A stretch of 20,000 nucleotides of DNA from an uncultured virus (IMG/VR IMGVR_UViG_3300011434_000001). Its lineage: Duplodnaviria; Heunggongvirae; Uroviricota; Caudoviricetes. This document shows, piece after piece, positions 16,128 to 20,000 of this stretch (positions are counted from its first letter, which is position 1; each line of letters starts with the position of its first letter). A program made the translations under genes and the position numbers. The stretch is taken from the IMG/VR virus record IMGVR_UViG_3300011434_000001. One strand, 5' to 3'. Below the pieces are notes generated by a model. That model made no database searches and was not told where the DNA came from. It saw only the letters and a program-made list of their open reading frames with translations.

Positions 16128-18065
16128 TTAGTTTGGGCTCATCTGCAAAAATTCCGACATCGTGGATATCTCCAGCGTGTCCTGTTCCATCGTTGGGTCG
16201 TTGCCTTGGCCGCTGCCGTTCCACCAGCCATCATCAGACTCGGTCGATGATCCTTCGCCTATGTCCTCGCCCGTCATGGAAGGGACGAGCATCGCACCGC
16301 GCCGGACAGCATGAACGATCAGGGTAAGCGCATCCGCTTCGTCTGGTGAAGAAAAACCACGGCTCATGAAATCTTTCTTCGACTCCACCTTTGACTTCGC
16401 GCCAGAGGGACGATACTTCCGCTGCGTCAGTTGCGGAGTGAGTTTCGTCATGTCTACGTTGGGATGAATCATGAGGAATCCAAACTCGCCGAACGCCCGC
16501 AATGCAAACCACAGTTCCGTGCAGATGCGATCATACATCTCGTTGGCCGGATCGGAGTCCTGCTGCATGATGCGCGAGTCGCTGCAACCTCCAGAGTAAT
16601 TTACTCCGTGGATGGCACCGCTCCACATGTTCTTCATCAGGTCGAACGCGCCCACGCCGTGGCCGGTCTTGTCGCACGCAAAGTATTCAGGCCGGATGCC
16701 GGACCTGCGACACAGTGCGATGAGTTGATCGGCCATGAACACACTGTCACCCTTGGCCAGCGCGAAAATACTGTCCACCTGAATCACGGTGCGCGGGATC
16801 ACACCCTGAGTGTTCTCGTCGCGGAACATTACCGTCTGGCCGTTTGGAAATTCCAGAGAGGGTGGCAGCTTGACACCAGTGGCCTTCCCCCAGCGGCCCA
16901 TCGCGAACGCGGCTGCTGCGCCACCTTCGAGCGCGAGGTCGCACCCGCCGCAAGGCTTGGGTTCACCATACCAGATGTATTCGCCGCGCCACTTCGTGAG
17001 CATGCCCGGGGGAATGATCGTCAGTTCCACACCCGAAGGTGGGTAAGCGCCGCGCGCCATCGAAAAGTATCCGCCTGCCTGACGACCGCCCGCGTTACGC
17101 GCGATTTTCTCCAGACCAGTGCGCGTCTGCAAGCCGGGGAACACCATGCGATTCTGGAGGACGTTCTCCGACTTCTCGCCATCGAGCCGGATCACATCCC
17201 AGCCGCGCGTGGACTTCCATCGGTAGTGCGTCTCCACATCGAAGCGTTCCCAACCGAACGGTGGCTCAGCGCGCTTGCCGACTTCATCGGTTTGGTTCGT
17301 GGGATTGTAAGCGCCGAAGATTTTGAAACCACCTCCGTCTTCCTCTTGAATCTGTGACAGGACGTTGTCCACATCGGACCAGAGGCCCCCGGGGACATTC
17401 TCAATTTCGTCGATGAAAATGAACATGCGCGACTGAGGCCCGAAGATCGGATGCTCGCGCGTGCGCGGTATGCGCTTGTTACCTTGCAAGCGACTCGCTT
17501 TCTTCACCTTCCCGATTGGGATGACGACGCCCATCATGCACGACACCTGATTGCGACGATCCAGCCCGATGAATAGCTCGCCGACCTCGCCGGGCATCGG
17601 CAACTTCGCAGTCTCATGCAACCGCACGAGGTGTGAAAAAAGATTTGCCTCCAAGTGCGCTTCGCTGGGGCCGAGAACTTTTACCGTGGTCCACTCCGGG
17701 TCACGAATCCATTCGAGGAACAGACGCACACCAATCCCATACGACTTGGAACAGGATGCCGCGCCCATGATGAGACCCATGCTGGACTCATCGAAAAATT
17801 TCCAGAGGTCCTGTGTGTATTTTGGCTCGGGCGTGAACTGCGTTGGAGACCAGAGCAGTTGCGCCGCTTCCTCCATGCCGCCATTGTTCAGCAGATAGTG
17901 CAGATAAGTCTGGAGCGGGGGCAGAGTCTTGACCGGACTGTCGGAGTCCACTATGAACTTCAACCGGGCAAAGTCGGTGACCATCTGCGCGGCTTCGCGC
18001 ATCTGTTCTTTATGGACCAGTGCGGCCACTTCCTTTGCGAAGGGTCGTAGATTCTCCGGGAGCAT
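16128..18065 (-). CDS. terL: Terminase large subunit (645 aa)
   Basis: Walker A-like GLIMGAASCSKS, Walker B MFIFIDE, coupling motif GAYNP, and RNase H-like nuclease acidic motifs GGCDLALEGG, CDKTGHGVG and SPDEADAL. Confidence 0.88.
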   Translation of the reverse strand: MLPENLRPFAKEVAALVHKEQMREAAQMVTDFARLKFIVDSDSPVKTLPPLQTYLHYLLNNGGMEEAAQLLWSPTQFTPEPKYTQDLWKFFDESSMGLIMGAASCSKSYGIGVRLFLEWIRDPEWTTVKVLGPSEAHLEANLFSHLVRLHETAKLPMPGEVGELFIGLDRRNQVSCMMGVVIPIGKVKKASRLQGNKRIPRTREHPIFGPQSRMFIFIDEIENVPGGLWSDVDNVLSQIQEEDGGGFKIFGAYNPTNQTDEVGKRAEPPFGWERFDVETHYRWKSTRGWDVIRLDGEKSENVLQNRMVFPGLQTRTGLEKIARNAGGRQAGGYFSMARGAYPPSGVELTIIPPGMLTKWRGEYIWYGEPKPCGGCDLALEGGAAAAFAMGRWGKATGVKLPPSLEFPNGQTVMFRDENTQGVIPRTVIQVDSIFALAKGDSVFMADQLIALCRRSGIRPEYFACDKTGHGVGAFDLMKNMWSGAIHGVNYSGGCSDSRIMQQDSDPANEMYDRICTELWFALRAFGEFGFLMIHPNVDMTKLTPQLTQRKYRPSGAKSKVESKKDFMSRGFSSPDEADALTLIVHAVRRGAMLVPSMTGEDIGEGSSTESDDGWWNGSGQGNDPTMEQDTLEISTMSEFLQMSPN

Positions 18066-18367
18066 TACGGTCGAAACTTGCGAGCGCGGCTCTTGAAGAA
18101 CCTTTCGAGCGCCGTCTTATTCATCTTCACCTGCGAGCCGTCGAAGGGCGCGAACCACCCGCCACCGACCGCGTGCATCGCCAGAAGTGGGAGCATCCCG
18201 GGACGATCCTTTCGCCGGGCGTAGAATTTACTCCGGCGCGCGTGCCGGGCGGTGATCAAGCGCGGCTTATGCCCGAGGTCACGCCAGCGTCGTTCCCAGT
18301 GGACTACCAAGTCCGGTTGATTCTTCGGAGCACTGGGGGAACAGTCATAGTATGCAAATACTTCCAT
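18065..18367 (-). CDS. Hypothetical basic protein (100 aa) coupled to terL; possibly a degenerate GT32-like fragment or a small-terminase substitute
   Basis: TAATG overlap with the terL start, and an AT-rich sequence before its ATG. Confidence 0.55.
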   Translation of the reverse strand: MEVFAYYDCSPSAPKNQPDLVVHWERRWRDLGHKPRLITARHARRSKFYARRKDRPGMLPLLAMHAVGGGWFAPFDGSQVKMNKTALERFFKSRARKFRP

Positions 18368-18463
18368 AAATAAAAATGGGGCACCAATCTACCCCTCATC
18401 GGGGTCGAGAGCCGTGCCCCATTGGCAGCGTTACTCTTGTTCAGACCTGCACAGGTGCTCTCT
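18368..18463 (-). promoter_or_regulatory. Structured leader with a terminator-like hairpin and a competing alternative fold
   Basis: 10-bp stem AATGGGGCAC/GTGCCCCATT (18414-18423 with 18375-18384) followed by TTTATTT. A competing pairing GAGAGC/GCTCTC joins 18457-18462 with 18407-18412. Confidence 0.5.
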
Positions 18464-18474
18464 ACTAAACTGTG
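18464..18474 (-). promoter_or_regulatory. Conserved motif CACAGTTTAGT (putative late promoter of the terminase operon)
   Basis: Fourth copy of the motif, just downstream of a terminator. It shares the extension TTTAGTAGAG with the portal copy. Confidence 0.6.
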
Positions 18475-18501
18475 CGTTTATCCCAGAGCATATACCACGA
18501 G

Positions 18502-18537
18502 AAAATCAAAAGGCCCGAAGATTTCTCTCCGGGCCTT
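18502..18537 (-). terminator. Intrinsic terminator closing the recombinase cassette
   Basis: The minus strand reads AAGGCCCGGAGA-GAAA-TCTTCGGGCCTT followed by TTGATTTT (12-bp stem with one G-U pair and a GNRA loop). Confidence 0.8.
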
Positions 18538-18558
18538 CGGGTGGGGATGTGGGAAAAT

Positions 18559-18759
18559 TTAGTAACCGCGCTGTTTCTTTTTGCGTTTCTTTGGCACGAG
18601 TCTGCCTTTCTCTTGGTCTTTGGGGCGCCCGTTGAGGTAATCCGGGTGAGCCCCGTTTTGAATGCGCGCGCGCCGGAGCGCGAGTTCCTCATCTCGTTTA
18701 AACGCAGCGACCACTTCGGCCCGGCGTCCATTTATAAACTGTAGCAGTGCATCATTCAT
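18559..18759 (-). CDS. Small basic hypothetical protein (66 aa)
   Basis: ATGA overlap with the recombinase stop, a K/R-rich tail (PKKRKKKQRGY), and an end just before the terminator. Confidence 0.55.
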   Translation of the reverse strand: MNDALLQFINGRRAEVVAAFKRDEELALRRARIQNGAHPDYLNGRPKDQEKGRLVPKKRKKKQRGY

Positions 18760-19424
18760 GGTTGATTACGAAGCATTTGATTGAGATTGTTCTTCGTCCA
18801 CTCCCGGCCCATGCGGGTTTTAATTCCGCCCTTGTTGAGCCAGTAGACAATATCCGTAAGTGACATCTTCTGCCGCTGCCACTGCCGGATTGTCTCCAGT
18901 GTCGCGCGTTCCGCCCCAGTGCGCCCATATGGAAGGACGCCTTCGCATCGGCCCGTCAGTTTCCGTTTTCGCTCGCGCGCAACTCGCAACTTCAAAACTA
19001 GTTGCGACTTTTCCCACTCCGCAAGCGCAGCGATAATCTGGCGAATCAATTTGCGAGTTGGATCGACTTCATCGTTCGCCATATCAATGAGCGCACCTTG
19101 GTCCGCCGAAAAAACTTTGATTCCGCGCTTACGGAGTTCGGTGAGCAAAATTTCCGAGACCATCAGGTCACGGGCGAGGCGGTCGAGCCGCTCTACAACG
19201 ACGGCGGAGATATCCTTCTTATTCTCGATGTAGGCCACCATCGCCGCGAACGCTTCGCGGTCCATCGCCTCCACCGTCCCGCTGACGCCTGCCTCCAGAT
19301 ACGTCACCGCGAGATTTACTTTGTGAGCCTCGCAGAATTTCCTGATCGCGTCTTCCTGACGCTGCGGGCCGTCACCGCTAATCTGGCCAGTGCTGCTGAC
19401 CCGAATGTAGCCTACGACGTTCAT
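18756..19424 (-). CDS. Serine recombinase (resolvase/invertase catalytic domain plus short recombinase-type DNA-binding domain), 222 aa
   Basis: Catalytic GYIRVSS, EAGVSG, VVERLDRLARD, E-helix ALAEWEKSQL, and C-terminal LPYG...LNKGGIKTRMGREW. Confidence 0.92.
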   Translation of the reverse strand: MNVVGYIRVSSTGQISGDGPQRQEDAIRKFCEAHKVNLAVTYLEAGVSGTVEAMDREAFAAMVAYIENKKDISAVVVERLDRLARDLMVSEILLTELRKRGIKVFSADQGALIDMANDEVDPTRKLIRQIIAALAEWEKSQLVLKLRVARERKRKLTGRCEGVLPYGRTGAERATLETIRQWQRQKMSLTDIVYWLNKGGIKTRMGREWTKNNLNQMLRNQP

Positions 19425-19636
19425 ACCGGGATGCTGAAAATGTCTCCGAGAAGTGTGTGCTGTTCAAACGCAGGAACGATGCCGATCTGCATCATGCGCT
19501 TCCACATATCTTGGCCCACGTGCCACCAAGTTTTTTCACCGGCCTTTCGGGCGACGATGATGGGAGCGCCATGACGATTGCGGGACCAGCGGGCTTCCAA
19601 TCCCGCTGAACGTAGCGTCTTGACTGAATACTTCAT
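19421..19636 (-). CDS. Small hypothetical protein (71 aa), probably leaderless
   Basis: The ATG lies 6 nt after a -10 box, and the stop overlaps the recombinase start (ATGA). Confidence 0.6.
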   Translation of the reverse strand: MKYSVKTLRSAGLEARWSRNRHGAPIIVARKAGEKTWWHVGQDMWKRMMQIGIVPAFEQHTLLGDIFSIPV

Positions 19637-19637
19637 G

Positions 19638-19671
19638 CAGCCACTATAACATGGCTGTCAAGTCCCGTCAA
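19638..19671 (-). promoter_or_regulatory. Sigma70-type promoter TTGACG-17 bp-TATAGT (extended TGn) with an inverted repeat over the -10
   Basis: -35 at 19666-19671 and -10 at 19643-19648. CAGCCA-N8-TGGCTG spans 19638-19657. Confidence 0.75.
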
Positions 19672-20000
19672 GAGTTGTCGTCCCAAGCGGCGTTGCCCCA
19701 ATTGGACCAGTTCACCTGATCGAACGAGACTCGGCCACGATACCACAGACCGCCCGGTTCACCCTGTCCGGTGAAGTCGAGGGTATGATCTGCCCCGGGC
19801 GTCGCGACACCGGCAAGAAAGTCGGTGAAAGGACCACCAACATCAGGGGCGTGCTGGACCTGAAGATAACCGCCCGCGAGCGTGGGGCTGACGAAAAAGG
19901 TGTTGACGTTCACCCACGCAAACAACGGGACGTTCGGGAGCACGAACACGGGGGTTGACCACTGGGTCACCGGATCAGCGTTGCCGGTGGTATACGCGGC
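19668..20000 (-). CDS. Partial (5'-truncated) protein ending in a fibronectin III/Ig-like beta domain
   Basis: The frame stays open to the window edge (AAYTTGNADPVTQW...). The C-terminus LWYRGRVS...WSNWGN resembles the terminal strands of Fn3 domains. Confidence 0.5.
   Translation of the reverse strand, partial: AAYTTGNADPVTQWSTPVFVLPNVPLFAWVNVNTFFVSPTLAGGYLQVQHAPDVGGPFTDFLAGVATPGADHTLDFTGQGEPGGLWYRGRVSFDQVNWSNWGNAAWDDNS

Noticed and set aside
18407..18462. Hammerhead ribozyme in the terminase leader (three stems plus CUGA)
   Set aside because: The core reads CUGAACA, not CUGANGA, and there is no GAAA core strand.
18465..18731. 88-aa alternative ORF downstream of the recombinase
   Set aside because: It runs through the terminator and promoter motif. 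The ATGA-coupled 66-aa ORF fits the layout better.

Overview
This 20 kb window is the late (packaging and virion morphogenesis) region of a tailed dsDNA phage or prophage with podovirus-like gene order. All credible genes are on the minus strand. In transcription order (right to left) they are: a partial beta-rich protein; a self-contained three-gene cassette with a compact serine recombinase (own sigma70-type promoter and terminator); a small ORF; terminase large subunit; two Cys-rich proteins; portal; a small conserved ORF; a scaffold-like coiled-coil protein; four tightly coupled glycan-modifying genes (GT-A/GT2-like, GT-B/GT9-like, polysaccharide pyruvyltransferase-like, second GT-A-like); major capsid protein; a multi-TM protein with an internal lipobox; two collagen-containing fibre proteins; small proteins; a head-tail adaptor; and a partial nozzle-like protein missing from the ORF track. 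The best candidate for a new system is the glycosyl/pyruvyl-transferase cassette inside the head operon, next to Thr/Ser/Asn-rich collagen fibres, which suggests a pyruvylated virion glycan. Other notable signals are a recurring intergenic motif CAC(A/C)NTTTAGT (probable late promoter, 4 copies), a switch-like RNA leader upstream of the terminase operon, a structured capsid 5' leader, and a helix motif repeated at both ends of the scaffold. All product calls come from motif recognition and synteny by eye; no database searches were run.
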